A stretch of DNA of 64,000 nt from Eledone cirrhosa. Lineage: Eukaryota. Every line of letters begins with the position of its first letter. Position 1 is the first letter of the stretch. Below, one piece after another: positions 1-14,372 of the stretch. A model generated the notes under the pieces. The model saw only the letters and a list, made by a program, of their open reading frames with translations, had not been told where the DNA came from and ran no database searches. The DNA lies in the NCBI GenBank assembly GCA_964016885.1, contig OZ024763.1, positions 15,190,001 to 15,254,000 on the forward strand, read 5' to 3'. Made by a program: the position numbers and the translations under genes.

Positions 1-300
1 CTGCCTACTCCTTTCCTACACACTGAGCATGGCCATTTCCCTGAGGGCACCTGTGCCCTATTTTCCTTTCTACAAACTAGAACTTTAGTCTTAGACAAGT
101 CAACTTTAAGGCCATGCTTCCATGTTTCGAATTTCTTCTCTAGTTCAGCCATTGATTCAGCTAGGAGCGTTAGATCATCTGCGTATAGGAGTTCCCATGG
201 GCAGCCGGTCTTGAACTCCTCTGTTAAAGCCTGAAGGGTAATAATAAATAAGAGGGGGCTAAGGACAGAGCCTTGATGAACGCCAACTTTTACACTAAAA
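1..300 (-). mobile_element. RTE LINE RT fragment
   Basis: Closely similar to 36004-36318 (YADD region), with an internal deletion. Confidence 0.9.
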
Positions 301-508
301 GATCTCCATATTGTATGAGGGATCAAATTTGTGACCTAATCTCCTGGATATGTGGTCAATATTCGGTCTTAAAACATAACATAAATAAATAATATATCAG
401 CTCTCATACCAGATTGAGCAACTTTTTCCTTTTTCACATCTATGCATATTAATTACATATACACAAAGACATATTGTAATAATAAATGTGAAGACTAAAA
501 TCCGAAGA

Positions 509-891
509 GGTTAGAGCATTGGGCTTGCAATCGAAAGGTTGTGAGTTCAATTCTCAGACCGGGTGATGTGTTGTTTCCTTGAGCAAGACACTTTATTTCA
601 CATTGCTCCAGTTTACTCAGCTGTAGAAATGAGATGATAAGACTGGGGTCCCTATCATTCCACTGCAAAGTGGACGTGGAGGTGCCACGGCAAAAAAGCC
701 CCCAGCACTCACTGTAAATGATGTTGGTGTTAGGAAGGGCATCCAGCTGTAGAAATCAAGCCAGAATCAGTTCCCATATGAGCAAGACAAGGTCAGCCGA
801 CCGGACACTGCCCTCAACAGGACAACTCATCTAACCCATGTTAGCGTGGAAGAACGGACGTAAAACGGTGATGATGATGATGATGATGATG
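509..891 (+). mobile_element. tRNA-SINE, same family, head clipped
   Basis: Similar to 18238-18500; (TGA)n tail. Confidence 0.88.
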
Positions 892-904
892 ATATTTTAT
901 GTAT

Positions 905-1117
905 CGATCGACTTTCATCAAATCGGACCGAGGAAACAATGTTTTTGTCAGTCTTTCCAATTGCTAATACTATCTATCGGTCACAACTTCAGGTAGAAGG
1001 AACAACGTGAAATAAATTGTCTTGCTCAAGGACATAACGCATCACCCGGTCCAGGAATTGAACTCACAACCTCAAGATTGAGAATCCAATTCTCTAACCA
1101 CTCAGCCACACGCCTCC

Positions 1118-1120
<3 letters not shown>
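905..1120 (-). mobile_element. Second tRNA-SINE family (another copy at 7055-7268)
   Basis: TGGCTGAGTGG A box, GAGTTCAATTCC B box, CORE-like body, different tail. Confidence 0.8.
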
Positions 1121-1156
<36 letters not shown>

Positions 1157-1160
<4 letters not shown>

Positions 1161-1192
1161 TAGCAGATTTACCCGGCGTTGCCTGGGGTTTG
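1157..1192 (+). mobile_element. Possible Helitron/Helentron-like element end
   Basis: atactagcagatttacccggcgttgcctggg next to (TA)n resembles such termini; no partner end found. Confidence 0.35.
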
Positions 1193-1282
1193 AAATTATG
1201 CTAAGGATATACAGCTAGGAAGTAAAAGAAGAAAATTATTTGTCCCCAACCTGTCAAAATAAGCAGAAGTCTTCAATAATTA

Positions 1283-1450
1283 ATGATTTCTTTATTAACC
1301 ACAAGGGTTTACATAAAGTAGACATGCAGGACAATGCAGGACGGTACAAATGGGCATTTCTGCGTGTAAAAAACAAAAACAGAGGATGTAACAAAAAATA
1401 ACAATGAAAAAATTCCCCAATAGGGGGGAGACTTCGGAGGGACATTATCT
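1283..1450 (-). mobile_element. 3' UTR related to the Tx1-like family
   Basis: ccctattggggaa..ccttgtggttaataaagaaa matches 32260-32388. Confidence 0.5.
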
Positions 1451-2116
1451 TCAATAATTAATGCAAACAAATATTTAGTGCAATCTTTGTACACACAAAA
1501 CTATTCTGATAATGAAGGAAAACACTTAACAGGATGCAAAACACGTTGCAAATCTGTAAAAAAAAACAGGCAGTTTTGTTAAAGTACAAAAAGTTGTAAT
1601 GAAAGCAGAGTTGTATACAAACAAAAACAATGAGTTGAATAAGAGAAAATGTATTCTTGCTATCGATTTTTTATTGCTCAACGTGAGCCGATTTGAAAAA
1701 ATGTTTGTGATGTGACCATCTTAGCAATTTGAACTGCCACTTTAGAAGCAGTGCTTAGATTTCTTAATGATAATGACCTCAATCTTATGTTGTTATAGAA
1801 CACTCCTATATAGATATAGCTGGCTCCTACCATGTTGTATCAGATAGGCTTCTAGGATGTTTTAATGATAGAGGACCCAGTCCTATCATATATTTGAAAC
1901 AAATATTATTTTTGCTTTATTATTAAAGGGGTCATATAGGAGTAAAAAGCACCTAGCACACACTGTAAATGTGGTTGGCGTTAAGAAGGACATCCAGCTG
2001 TAGAAAACCAGCCTGAGACAGTCCTATACGAGCAGGACACAGTCACCCGACCAATCATGCCTCAAGTGGGACAAACCCGACTAACCCATGCTAGCGTGGA
2101 AGATGTACGTTAAACA

Positions 2117-2153
<37 letters not shown>

Positions 2154-2419
2154 CGATGATGATGGTGGTGGTGGTGGTGGTGATATTAATAATATTTGGT
2201 TAAAATATATTTTATAACACTCCTAAAAAATGTTTCTCTAACATCCATGAAAGAATTTTACACATATGTATCTTCTACTGACAATATGACACAGGTATAC
2301 TTCAGCATTGTTTAATAAAATGGAAGTTCTCTGATCATTATTTTACAAATGCATTTATCTTTTTTAAAAAATTCATATCAGTGGTCTGCGAGATTTAAAA
2401 TTATGAATTTAGTGAGGTC

Positions 2420-3345
2420 CGAATTGTTGGCGACCGCTGTCCTAGTAGGTTTCTTGGGTGTTTTAATGATATGGAGCCCAGTCCTATTATGTTGTTACAG
2501 CACACACCTCTGTAGGTTTAGCTGGCCTTCTATAAAGTTGCTGGAGTGTTTTAATATGGAGCCCAGTCCTATTATGCTGTTACAGCACATACCTCTGTAG
2601 GTTTAGCTGGCCTTCTATAAAGTTACTGGAGTGTTTTAATGATATGGAGCCCAGTCCTATCATGTTACAGCACATACCTCTGTAGGTTTAGCTGGCCTTC
2701 TATAAAGTTACTGGAGTGTTTTAATGATAAGGACCCAAGTCCTATCATGTTGTTACAGCACACACCTATGTAGGTTTAGCTGGCCTTCTATAAAGTTGCT
2801 GGAGTGTTTTAATGATATGGAGCCCAGTCCTATCATGTTACAGCACACACCTCTGTAGGTTTAGCGGGTCTCCAACGAGATTGCATTTCATAGTTTTCTC
2901 AGGTGTTTTATTGATAGGCGTCCCAGTCCTATAATGCTTTTCATCGTTACAGCTCACACCTATATAGGTTTAGTTGGCCTCCTACAGCAGTGTTTGGATG
3001 TCTTAATGATTATGACCCCAATCTTATGTTGTCGTTACAGAACGCTCCTATATAGAAATAGCTGGCCTCCTACCATGTCGTGTCAGATAGGCTTCTAGAA
3101 TGTTTTAATAATAGAGGCCCCAATCCTATCATGTTATTACAGCCCACACTTATGAAGCTGAAGCTGGGCTCCTATAAGGTTACATTTCACAGGAGGTTTC
3201 TTGGATGTTTTAATGATAGGAGGCTCGTTCCTATCACGTTGTTGCTCTAGCTAACACTTATGTAGGTTTAGCTGGCTCCCAACAATGCTGCATCTCATAG
3301 GTTTCTCGGGTGTTATAATAATAGGGCCCACAGTCCAACCATGAA
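2420..3345. repeat. Degenerate tandem repeat, ~80-115 bp
   Basis: Recurring ttttaatgatatggagcccagtcctatcatgttacagcacacacctctgtaggtttagctggcc; related unit at 1740-1890. Confidence 0.85.
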
Positions 3346-3500
3346 AGGAAACATGAAATAAAGCACCTTGCTCAAGAACACAACTTGGTGCTCAGTCAGG
3401 AATCAAACCCACAACACCGTGATTGTGTGACTAACAACCTAACCACTAAACCATGGGCCTTCACTTGAATCAGTGGAACATCCAGGATTTGACAACTGGA

Positions 3501-3542
<42 letters not shown>

Positions 3543-4329
3543 ACACCAGCACTGGCTGGGCTGATACTTTCTATATCAAACCCGAAAAGGTGAAAGAAAG
3601 TGGATGCCAGCAGACCCCCGACACCCTCTCAACCCTCTCTCACTTGATCCTAGGGAACACTCCAGGATGTGACAGCTGCTGGAAAGGAGCAGAGAGAGGG
3701 GGGGCTGCACCAGCACAGGACTGGTACTGGTACTTTACATATCACCCCCAAAAGGATGACAAGTAAAGTGGACCTCACCAGACCCAGACATTCTCTGAAC
3801 CCTCCCTCCTTGATCCTGTAAAAACACCCAGGATGTGACAGCTGGAAGGAGGGTGGATGGCTGTACCAGTACTGGGCTGGTTTTTTTCTTTATCAAGCCT
3901 CCAAAATGATGAAAAAGTAAAGTGGACCTCACCAGACCCAGACACCCTCTCTCAACCCTCACTCCCTCCTTTGATCCAGTAGAACAATCAGAGTGTGCCA
4001 GCTGGAAGGAGAGAGAGCTGCTCTATCAGTACTGGGTTGGTTCTTTCTATATAACAGTGTATATATATAGAGAAATCATCATCATCATCGTTTAAGGTCC
4101 ATTTTCCACGCTAGCATGGGTAAGACAGACTGACCCTTTAGGAGAGAATGAGGTCAGAGGACCGTGTTTCGCTCACCCGGGGCTGATTTGGGCTTGGTTT
4201 CTACAGCTGGATGCCTTTCCTAATGTCAAATGGGAATGCTAAAGGGTTAACCCTTTAGCATTCATATTACTTTATATTTACTATTATATTTTCACAGTAA
4301 AGGTTTTACCTGACATAATTATCTCACAT

Positions 4330-4668
4330 ATCTGGCGTCAAGCAGTAATACAGAAGACCCGACCCCCCACAGGAACAAGCCGAAGCTGAAGCATATAGAC
4401 AATATGCCCCCACACCCTCCCACTGCAAAGTGGTCGTGGAGGTGCCACAGCAAAAAAAGCACCCAGCCCACACTGTAAAGTGGACATATAGGCGCCACGG
4501 CAAAAAAAGCACCCAGCACTCACTGTTGGTGTTAGGAAGGGCATCCAGCTGTAGAAATCAAGCCAGAATCAGTTTGCATATGGGCAAGACACGGTCAGCC
4601 GACCGGACACTGCCCACAACAGGACAACCCGTCTAACCCATGCTAGCATGGAAGAACGGACGTAAAAC
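4330..4668 (+). mobile_element. RTE/SINE 3' tail fragment (similar at 1945-2160, 8870-9090, 9585-9860, 26270-26648)
   Basis: aggaagggcatccagctgtagaaa..ctaacccatgctagc..ggacgtaaaa shared with the RTE 3' UTR. Confidence 0.85.
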
Positions 4669-5471
4669 TACGGTGGCCAGCCAAAACAGAAAGAAGTGAG
4701 AGAATTCTGGCTGGATATGGCCAGTTTAAATGCTGAAGGTCAGCAATTTAGGGGGAAGGGAAAGTCGGATTAAATTGACCCCTGTACTTGACTGGTGTTT
4801 TATTTTATCAACCTTCAAAAGGATGAAAGATAAAACAGAGCTCAACAGACACAGGCACTCTCTTGACCCCCACCCACTTTGATCTAATGGAACATGGAGG
4901 ATGTGACAGCTGGAAGGAGAGAGGGTTTACTAGAGGGTAGAGAGAAGGGGGGAGTTAGAGAGGTGCAGTGAGAGGGGGTGTTAATGATGGAGAGAGGGGA
5001 AGTAAGAGGTGTAGAGTAGAGGGGTGCAGAGATAGGGAGAGTTAGAGGTGTAGTGAGAGGGGGTGTCAATGATGGAGAGGGGGGAAGTAAGAGATGTAGA
5101 GACAGGGGGGAGTTAGAGGGTTGTAGAGAGAGGGCGAATTAGAGGGGTGCAGAGATAGGGGTAGTTAGACGTGTAGTGAGAGGGGGGAGTTAGAGGTGTA
5201 GTGAGAGCGAGGGTTTCTTAGGAGGTAAAAGAGGGGAAGTAAGATAGGTATAGAGAGGGGGGGGTTAGAGGGTTGTAGAGAGAGGGTGAGTTAAGGATGG
5301 AGAGGGGGTAGTAAGAGAGGTGTAGAGAGAGGAAGAGTTAGTGATAGAGAGAGGGGAGGAGAATAGCCTGGTTTATGTAAGATCCTTTGAAGATTATCTG
5401 GGATTAACAGGAATTAACAGATAAACGAGGGTTCTACACACACACACATACACTCACATACATACATACAA

Positions 5472-5508
<37 letters not shown>

Positions 5509-5939
5509 TAAATGAGGGTACTAGACATACACTCACATATGCACACACACACACACACACACACGCATACACACACAATCTCACATATACATAGTCATAA
5601 ACACACTCACATACATATAAATACACACACACACAAATGAGGTTACTAGACATACACTCACATAATACACATACATACACTCACACATAAATGAGGGTAC
5701 TCACACACATACATACACACACACACTCTCACATACATACAAATACACACACACAGAAATAAATGAGGTTACTAGACATACACTCACATAATACACATAC
5801 ATACACTCACACATAAATGAGGGTACTCACACACACACACACATACATACACACACTCTCACATACATAATCACATAAACACACACACACAGACACTCTC
5901 CAAACAAACACACACACTATCATCCATGCACACATACTA

Positions 5940-5976
<37 letters not shown>

Positions 5977-6069
5977 CAGTCCTATATGAGAGAGACACAG
6001 TCACCCGACCAATCTTGCCTCAATTCCCGTCTAACCCATGCTAGCGTAGAAGCTAGACATTAAATGATG

Positions 6070-6124
<55 letters not shown>

Positions 6125-6195
6125 AGGAAGTGAGTTATGTTGATTTAAAACTTCACTATTCACAAGTGTTTTTTAACCTTCATATCATGTATCCC

Positions 6196-6266
6196 TATTT
6201 TATCTGATGAAAACGCAGATATCCTCTCATGATGATATTTGTTTTTGAAATGCGCATAATAAAATA
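6196..6266 (+). ncRNA. Type-I hammerhead ribozyme motif
   Basis: TATTTTAT-CTGATGA-stem II-GAAA-tgcgca-TA-ATAAAATA; 8-bp stem I, palindromic stem-III cap, predicted cut after 6258. Confidence 0.8.
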
Positions 6267-6296
6267 CTTGGAACTCTTTTAACCATCTGTTGATCT

Positions 6297-6336
<40 letters not shown>

Positions 6337-6729
6337 CAGATATATATATACCTCAGATATTCAAATCACAAACAGCAAAAGACGCGTTCCGAATTGTCCG
6401 ACAGACAACCTTTTCCCCCACCCCGGAAAAAAAACCCCAGTTGATGGATGTGAATCCGAAATATATAGGGACTATTAAATCTCTCCCAAGGTAACTCTCT
6501 CTCTCTTGTGTTATTATTATTTTTACCCTTTCACTCTTCCCTTCATTCTACACATCTCACACATCTTATACACACCACGCATCTCAACGTACACCCACTT
6601 ACATATCTCTCTCTCCTACACCGGACCCTGTTACCCGGAGATTTACCCATTTGCATTGTCAAGGCTTCCAAACGACTTATAAATATTTACTTATTGTCCC
6701 ACAATGCTTCAAGCAAACTTCAATACTCT

Positions 6730-6784
<55 letters not shown>

Positions 6785-6828
6785 AAGTTAAATAAAAGTC
6801 AAATGATTAAAATTTAGCTTCGTTTATT

Positions 6829-6883
6829 ACTGCTATATATATTTCAGTGACAGCCATCTTTGGCTGTGACCTCTTCAGGCAGT
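6829..6883 (-). ncRNA. Type-I hammerhead ribozyme motif
   Basis: ACTGC-CTGAAGA-ggtcacagccaaagatggctgtcact-GAAA-tatata-TA-GCAGT. Confidence 0.8.
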
Positions 6884-6994
6884 TTGAATTAGTATGGTAT
6901 AGACAAGTACATATGTTGTTTAGGTGTATGATATTGTCAATACTCTGATATGCCCAGTTCCTTGTTGGGTTGTTAATTCACTGGGGAACTGGAG

Positions 6995-7054
<60 letters not shown>

Positions 7055-7439
7055 CTGATCGACTTCCTTCAAATCGAACCGAAGAAACGTTTCCATTGGT
7101 CTTTCCAATTGCTAATACTATCTATTGGTCACAACTCCAGGTAGAAGGAGTGACATGAAATAAAGTGTCTTGCTCAAGGACATAACGCATCGCCCGGTCT
7201 GGGAATTGAACTCACAACCTCTCGATAGTGAATCAAATTCTCTAACCACTCAGCCACGTGCCTTCACAACCTTCATATACACACTATCACAGTTTCCACA
7301 TGTCCTCCCAAACCAGTAGAGACGGGAACAAACAAGCAACAATATATAAAAACCTTTGTTGAGTTATGTTCCAAATACCAACTAGAGAAAGTTATATTAC
7401 TAAATCCTTCCAAATTCAAACCAATTTGAAAATCACAGG

Positions 7440-8250
7440 CAGTGGCTTTCATTAGAAATCTGGTAATGAGAGGCTTAAAGACATAGACAGTGTCTTTCAT
7501 TAGAAATATGGTAATGAAAGGGTTAAAGACATAGACAGTGTCTTTCATTAGAAATATGGTAATGAAAGGGTTAAAGACATAGACAGTGTCTTTCATTAGA
7601 TATATGGTAATGAAAGGGTTAATGACATAGACAGTGTCTTTCATTAGAAATATGGTAATGAAAGGGTTAATGACATAGACAGTGTCTTTCATTAGATATA
7701 TGGTAATGAAAGGGTTAATGACATAGACAGTGTCTTTCATTAGATATATGGTAATGAAAGGGTTAATGACATAGACAGTGTCTTTCATTAGAAATATGGT
7801 AATGAAAGGGTTAATGACATAGACAGTGTCTTTCATTAGAAATATGGTAATGAAAGGGTTAATGACATAGACAGTGTCTTTCATTAGATATATGGTAATG
7901 AAAGGGTTAATGACATAGACAGTGTCTTTCATTAGATATATGGTAATGAAAGGGTTAAAGACATAGACAGTGTCTTTCATTAGAAATATGGTAATGAAAG
8001 GGTTAAAGACATAGACAGTGTCTTTCATTAGAAATATGGTAATGAAAGGCTTAAAGACATAGACAGTGTCTTTCATTAGAAATATGGTAATGAAAGGGTT
8101 AAAGACAGACAGTGTCTTTCATTAGAAATATGGTAATGAAAGGGTTAATGACATAGACAGTGTCTTTCATTAGATATATGGTAATGAAAGGGTTAATGAC
8201 AGTGTCTTTCATTAGAAATATGGCAATGAAAGGGTTAATGACATAGGCAG
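7440..8250. repeat. 48-bp minisatellite, ~16 copies
   Basis: acatagacagtgtctttcattagaaatatggtaatgaaagggttaaag. Confidence 0.95.
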
Positions 8251-9092
8251 TGTTCCAAACACCAACTTAATAATGAGAAAGTTACATTACTAAATCCCTC
8301 CAAATTCTTGATAGTTTTCAAACTTATTTGAAAATCATAGGCTGTGTCTTTCATTAGAAATATGATAATGAAAGCGTTATCTGAAAACCTTCCATCATAA
8401 TTTTATGAAAGGACCTCTGTTGAGTTATGTTCCAAACACCAACTTAATGAGAAAGTTATATCATTACTAAATCCCTCCAAATTCTTGATAATTTTCAAAC
8501 CTGTTTGAAAATCACAGGCAGTGTCTTTCATTAGAAATATTGTAAAGGACATATTTCTAAGACAATGACTCAACTATACTTGAAACAAGTCAGTCACTGT
8601 TGAAGTTTACTGGGTAAGAGTCCGGACAGGATAAGAAAGTCAAGTTAATTTAACTAATGAATGTTTCATATTTGATAAGAAATAAAGCTCTAAATCTCTC
8701 CTCATTCCTCATAAGTGTCTCAAATGTGAAGTTCTTTTGTTGTACTGGAGAGGAAAAGAAGATTTCTTTCATAAGTAGGTGATAGAATTAGTTAGAGATG
8801 GTAGTTGAAATATTAGAGGGAGTGTGTAGAGCCCCCCCCCCCCCCCCTCTCATAAATATATACACATAGTCCACGCTGTAATGTGGCCGTGTAGGCAACA
8901 CGGTAAAAACCTCCCAGACCCACACTGTAAATGTGGTTGGTGTTAGGAAGGGCATCCAACTGTAGAAAACCTGCCAGACAGTCCTATGCGAGCAAGACAA
9001 TCACTCTTGCCTCAAGTGGGACTACCCCCGTCCAAACCCATGCAAGCGTGGAACACGGACGTTAAACGTTGATGATGATGATGATGATGATA

Positions 9093-9529
9093 TCATCATC
9101 ATCACCGTTTTATGTCCGTTCTTCCACGCTAGCATGGGTTAGACAGGTTCTCCTGTTGTGGGCAGTATCCGGTCGACTGACCTTGTCTTGCTCATACGGG
9201 AACTGATTCTGACTTGATTTCTACAGCTGGATCCCCTTCCTAACACCAACCTCATGTACAGTGAGTGCTGGATGTCTTTTTTCCCGTGGCGCCTACACGT
9301 CCACTTTACAGTGTGGGCTGGGTGCTTTTTTGCTGTGGCACCTCCACGACCACTTTGCAGTGGAATGATAGGGACCCCAGTCCTATCATCTCATTTCTAC
9401 AGCTGAGTAAACTGGAGCAATGTGAAATAAAGTGTCTTGTTCAAGGAAACAACACATCACCCGGTCTAAGAATTGAACTCACAACCTTTCGATTGCAAGC
9501 CCAATGCTCTAACCACAAAGCTATGCGCC

Positions 9530-9532
<3 letters not shown>
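9093..9532 (-). mobile_element. tRNA-SINE, near full length
   Basis: Reverse complement of 509-891-type copy. Confidence 0.88.
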
Positions 9533-9579
<47 letters not shown>

Positions 9580-10504
9580 AACATCCAGTTCGAAACAAAT
9601 GAGGTCGTGTAGGTGTCACGACAAAAAAAAACACAGTCCACGCTGTAATGTGGCCGTGTAGGTAACACGGTAAAAACCTCCCAGTCCACACTGTAAACGT
9701 GGTTGGTGTTAGGAAGGGCATCCAGCCGTAGAAAACCCGCCAGACAGTCCTATGCGAGCAAGACAACCACTCTTGCCTCAAGTTGGAAAACTCCCATCCA
9801 AACCCATGCAAGCGTAGAAGATGGACGTTAAACGATGATGATGATGATGATGATGATGATATATAGTTTTAGTGAGAGCTAAATATAAGGAGAGGGGTAT
9901 GTGGATCTCTCTCTCTCTCTCTTCTAGTGTAACAGTTTTAGTAAGAGCTGATAAATGTGACACTAGAGAGGGAGTGTAGCCCTCTCCATTCTAGTGGTAT
10001 TCTAGTGTTAGCTGTGACACTGAGGACATCAAAAACAAAGATGTTTACTCTATATTTACCATTGTATTTTCAGTTAACTCTTTATTTCACATAATTATTT
10101 CACATAATATCGAACTTGAGATTTTGGTATTATTTATTTTTAGAACAATACTTTAACATCAGTATGAACGGCTGGTTACAACCGGTTCGAGAGTTGAGAG
10201 AATTCTGGCCGGATATGGCTGGTTTTAATGCTAGAGGGTTAAACAGCAAATAGTTAAATGTAGATAGTTTGTTGGTTTTGCTCCCAAAATTACAAACAAC
10301 AACAAAAGTACAGCTGGGGGAACATTGTTTTTTCCTGTGTGTGTGTGTGTGTGTGTGAGTGTGGGTGTGGGTGTGTGATGGGGGGGGGGGGGGTAAAGCG
10401 AGAGAGGGGAGAGAGAAAGAAATGGGAGATACTGCATTAGAGGAGATTCAGATAGCCCATGTAGTCATGGAAAAAAGGATGAGACTGAGGATATATACAT
10501 ACAA

Positions 10505-10535
<31 letters not shown>

Positions 10536-10568
10536 CACACACACACACACACATATACACACATATAT

Positions 10569-10615
<47 letters not shown>

Positions 10616-10729
10616 TATATACACACACTCCTACATTTATCTCAACACTATATACTCTGTCTTACCAAAGGAGTGTTTATCACAAAGAGAAAAAACTGTG
10701 GCATTGTTTTAAAGGTGTTGATAAGCTTA

Positions 10730-11810
10730 ACATTATCTGTAATAGTACCTCATACAACACTATCTGTAATAGTACCTCATACAACACTATCTGTAATAGT
10801 ACCTCATACAACACTATATGTAATAGTACCTCATACAACACTATCTGTAATAGTACCTCATACAACACTATATGTAATAGTACCTCATACAACACTATCT
10901 GTAATAGTACCTCATACACCACTATCTGTAATAGTACCTTATACAACACTATATGTAATAGTACCTCATACAACACTATCTGTAATAGTACCTCATACAA
11001 CACTATCTGTAATAGTACCTCATACAACACTATCTGTAATAGTACCTCATACAACACTATCTGTAATAGTACCTCATACACCACTATCTGTAATAGTACC
11101 TCATACAACACTATATGTAATAGTACCTCATACAACACTATCACTAATAGTACCTCATACACCACTATCTGTAATAGTACCTCATACACCACTATCTGTA
11201 ATAGTACCTCATACAACACTATATGTAATAGTACCTCATGCACCGCTATCTGTAATAGTACCTCATACAACAACAACCCTATCACCAATAGTACCTCATA
11301 CACCACCAACCCTATCATCAATAGTACCTCATACACCACCAACCCTATCTGTATAGTACCTCATAGAACACCAGCACTATCTCGGACAGAGTCGCAATAA
11401 TACCTCTAATAGAACCTCATAGAACTTCAACACCGTTTCTGGTAGAACCTTATAGAACCATGACACTATCTCTGGTATATTCTGATAGAACCACAACACT
11501 ATCTCTGGTATATTGTGGGAGAACCTTGATACTATCTCTGGTATATTGTGGTAGAACCTTGGCCCTATCTCTGGTATATTGTGGTAGAACATTGGTACTA
11601 TATCTGGTATATTGTGGTAGAACCTTGGTACTATATCTGGTATATTGTGGTAGAACCTTGGTACTCTCTCTGGTATATTGTGATAGAACCTTGGTACTAT
11701 CTCTGGTATATAGCAGTAGAACCTTGGTACTATCTCTGGTATATAGCAGTAGAACCTTGGTACTATCTCTGGTATATTGTGGTAGAACCACAACACTATC
11801 TCATCAGAAC
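10730..11810. repeat. 27-bp minisatellite grading into a 33-bp minisatellite
   Basis: ctatctgtaatagtacctcatacaaca, then tatctctggtatattgtggtagaaccttggtac. Confidence 0.95.
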
Positions 11811-12836
11811 AGAACCACAACAGAACATCAGTGTAACCATCTGATGATGTTCTGTCCCCAGGGTTCCTTCTGGTCTCCACCCTAATTCAAGTGAACAGAG
11901 AGGCGTTTCAGGGGCCTGGGATACCACGTTTCAACCTCTATGCGTTTAAACCTTTAACATTTAAACCGGCCGTATCTCTCACCTCTTTCTGTTCAAACCT
12001 GCTGTAACCAGCAACTCATACTGATGTTAAGGTATTTTTCTCAAAATTAATAATATCAAAATCTCATAGATTCCATATTATATGAGATAATTATGTGAGG
12101 TAAAGCCTTTACCATGAAAATATAATAGTATATATAGAGTAATGTAAATCATGAAGTGAATAGAAAGCGGGGTCATGGACCCCAGGATACAAATGTTTCT
12201 ATCTCTATGGGTTTAACAAAATTGTAGACCACCTTGCTGAGCTCACACTTCAGGACAGGGGTCACCTTGAAGTGAGTACAAAGCTGGCCCATGGGCCCAA
12301 GACACCAAATGTTTCTACCCCTATGGGTTTAACAGGACTGTAGACCACATTGCAAGGCTCATCCCGCAGGACAGTGGTCACCATCCTGATCAAAGTAAGT
12401 AGAAAGCTGGTCCAGGGGCTCAACACTTGAGATGTTTTCCCTCCACTATGGTTTCAACTAGAAACCCATCAGAGTGTGGCCTGTATTTTGTCAGATCTTT
12501 TTATGTGTGTGTATGAGAATTTGTGATGAGTGCGTGTGATGTGTGGTGCGTGTGTGTGGTGCGTGTGTGGTGCGTGTGTGTGGTGCGTGTGTGGTGCGTG
12601 GGTGTGTGGTGTATGTGTGATGTGTGGTGTGTGTGTGATGTGTGGTGTGTGTGTGATGTGTGGTGTGTGTGTGATGTGAGGTGTGTGATGTGTGATGTGT
12701 GATGTGAGGTGTGTGATGTGTGGTGTGAGGTGTGTGATGTGTGGTGTGAGGTGTGTGATGTGTGGTGTGGTGTGCATGTGTGATATGCGTGTGAGTGTGT
12801 GTGTGTGTGTGTGCATGTGTGATATGCGTGTGAGTG

Positions 12837-12892
<56 letters not shown>

Positions 12893-13099
12893 TGTGTGCG
12901 TGCGTGTTTGACAGAGAGAGAAAAACAAAGACAAGTGTTTAACCCTGATTTAACTGTGTGAAGGGTTGGTGCTGTATGTAATGGCTAGAAAAGAGTTTAG
13001 GTTATGTCTGCCTGGTGACAGAGGGACTAGGTTGTAATGAAGGCCACTGATGAGAGTGAGAGGGGAGTTATATAGCTGAGAGGTATGATGGAGGACAAT

Positions 13100-14372
13100 G
13101 AGAGACTAGAGAGAGGTGGGGTTACATATTTGAAAGGTGTGGTGGAGGGCAGTGAAAGGACTCTACTATAGTATCCAGGTTGTGGTGAGGGCCACAGATC
13201 AGAGAGAGGGGTGGGGTTACATAATTGTGAGGTGTGGTGGAGGGGGCAATGAAAGGACCCTACAATAGTGTCCAGGTTGTGGTGAGGGCCACAGATCAGA
13301 GAGAGGAGTGGGGTTACATAATTGTGAGGTATGGTGGAGGGCAATGAAAGGACCCTACTATAGTATCCAGGTTGTGGTGAGGGCCACAGATCAGAGAGAG
13401 GGGTGGGGTTACATAATTGTGAGGTGTGGTGGAGGGCAATGAAAGGACCCTACTATAGTATCCAGGTTGTGGTGAGGGCCACAGATCAGAGAGAGGGGTG
13501 GGGTTACATAATTGTGAGGTGTGGTGGAGGGCAATGAAAGGACCCTACTATAGTATCCAGGTTGTGGTGAGGGCCACAGATCAGAGAGAGGGGTGGGGTT
13601 ACACAGTTGTGAGGTATGGTGGAGGGCAATGAAAGGACCCTACAATAGTGTCCAGGTTGTGGTGAGGGCCACAGATCAGAGAGAGGGGTGGGGTTACACA
13701 GTTGTGAGGTATGGTGGAGGGCAATGAAAGGACCCTACAATAGTGTCCAGGTTGTGGTGAGGGCCACAGATCAGAGAGAGGGGTGGGGTTACACAGTTGT
13801 GAGGTATGGTGGAGGGCAATGAAAGGACCCTACAATAGTGTCCAGGTTGTGGTGAGGGCCACAGATCAGAGAGAGGGGTGGGGTTACACAGTTGTGAGGT
13901 ATGGGGGAGGGCAATGAAAGGACCCTACAATAGTGTCCAGGTTGTGGTGAGGACCACAGATCAGAGAGAGGGGTGGGGTTACACAATTCTGAGGTATGGT
14001 GGAGGGCAATGAAAGGACCCTACAATAGTGTCCAGGTTGTGGTGAGGGCCACAGATCAGAGAGAGGGGTGGGGTTACACAATTGTGAGGTATGGTGGAGG
14101 GCAATGAAAGGACCCTACAATAGTGTCCAGGTTGTGGTGAGGGCCACAGATCAGAGAGAGGGGTGGGGTTACACAATTGTGAGGTATGGTGGAGGGCAAT
14201 GAAAGGACCCTACAATAGTGTCCAGGTTGTGGTGAGGGCCACAGATCAGAGAGAGGGGTGGGGTTACACAATTGTGAGGTATGGTGGAGGGCAATGAAAG
14301 GACCCTACAATAGTGTCCAGGTTGTGGTGAGGGCCACAGATCAGAGAGAGGGGTGGGGTTACATAGTTGAGT
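13100..14372. repeat. 95-bp minisatellite, ~13 copies
   Basis: ORF offsets of 95 nt; unit ggttgtggtgagggccacagatcagagagaggggtggggttacac... Confidence 0.95.

Noticed and set aside
7273-8076. 267-aa repeat ORF
   Set aside because: 48-bp minisatellite derived from a MITE end.
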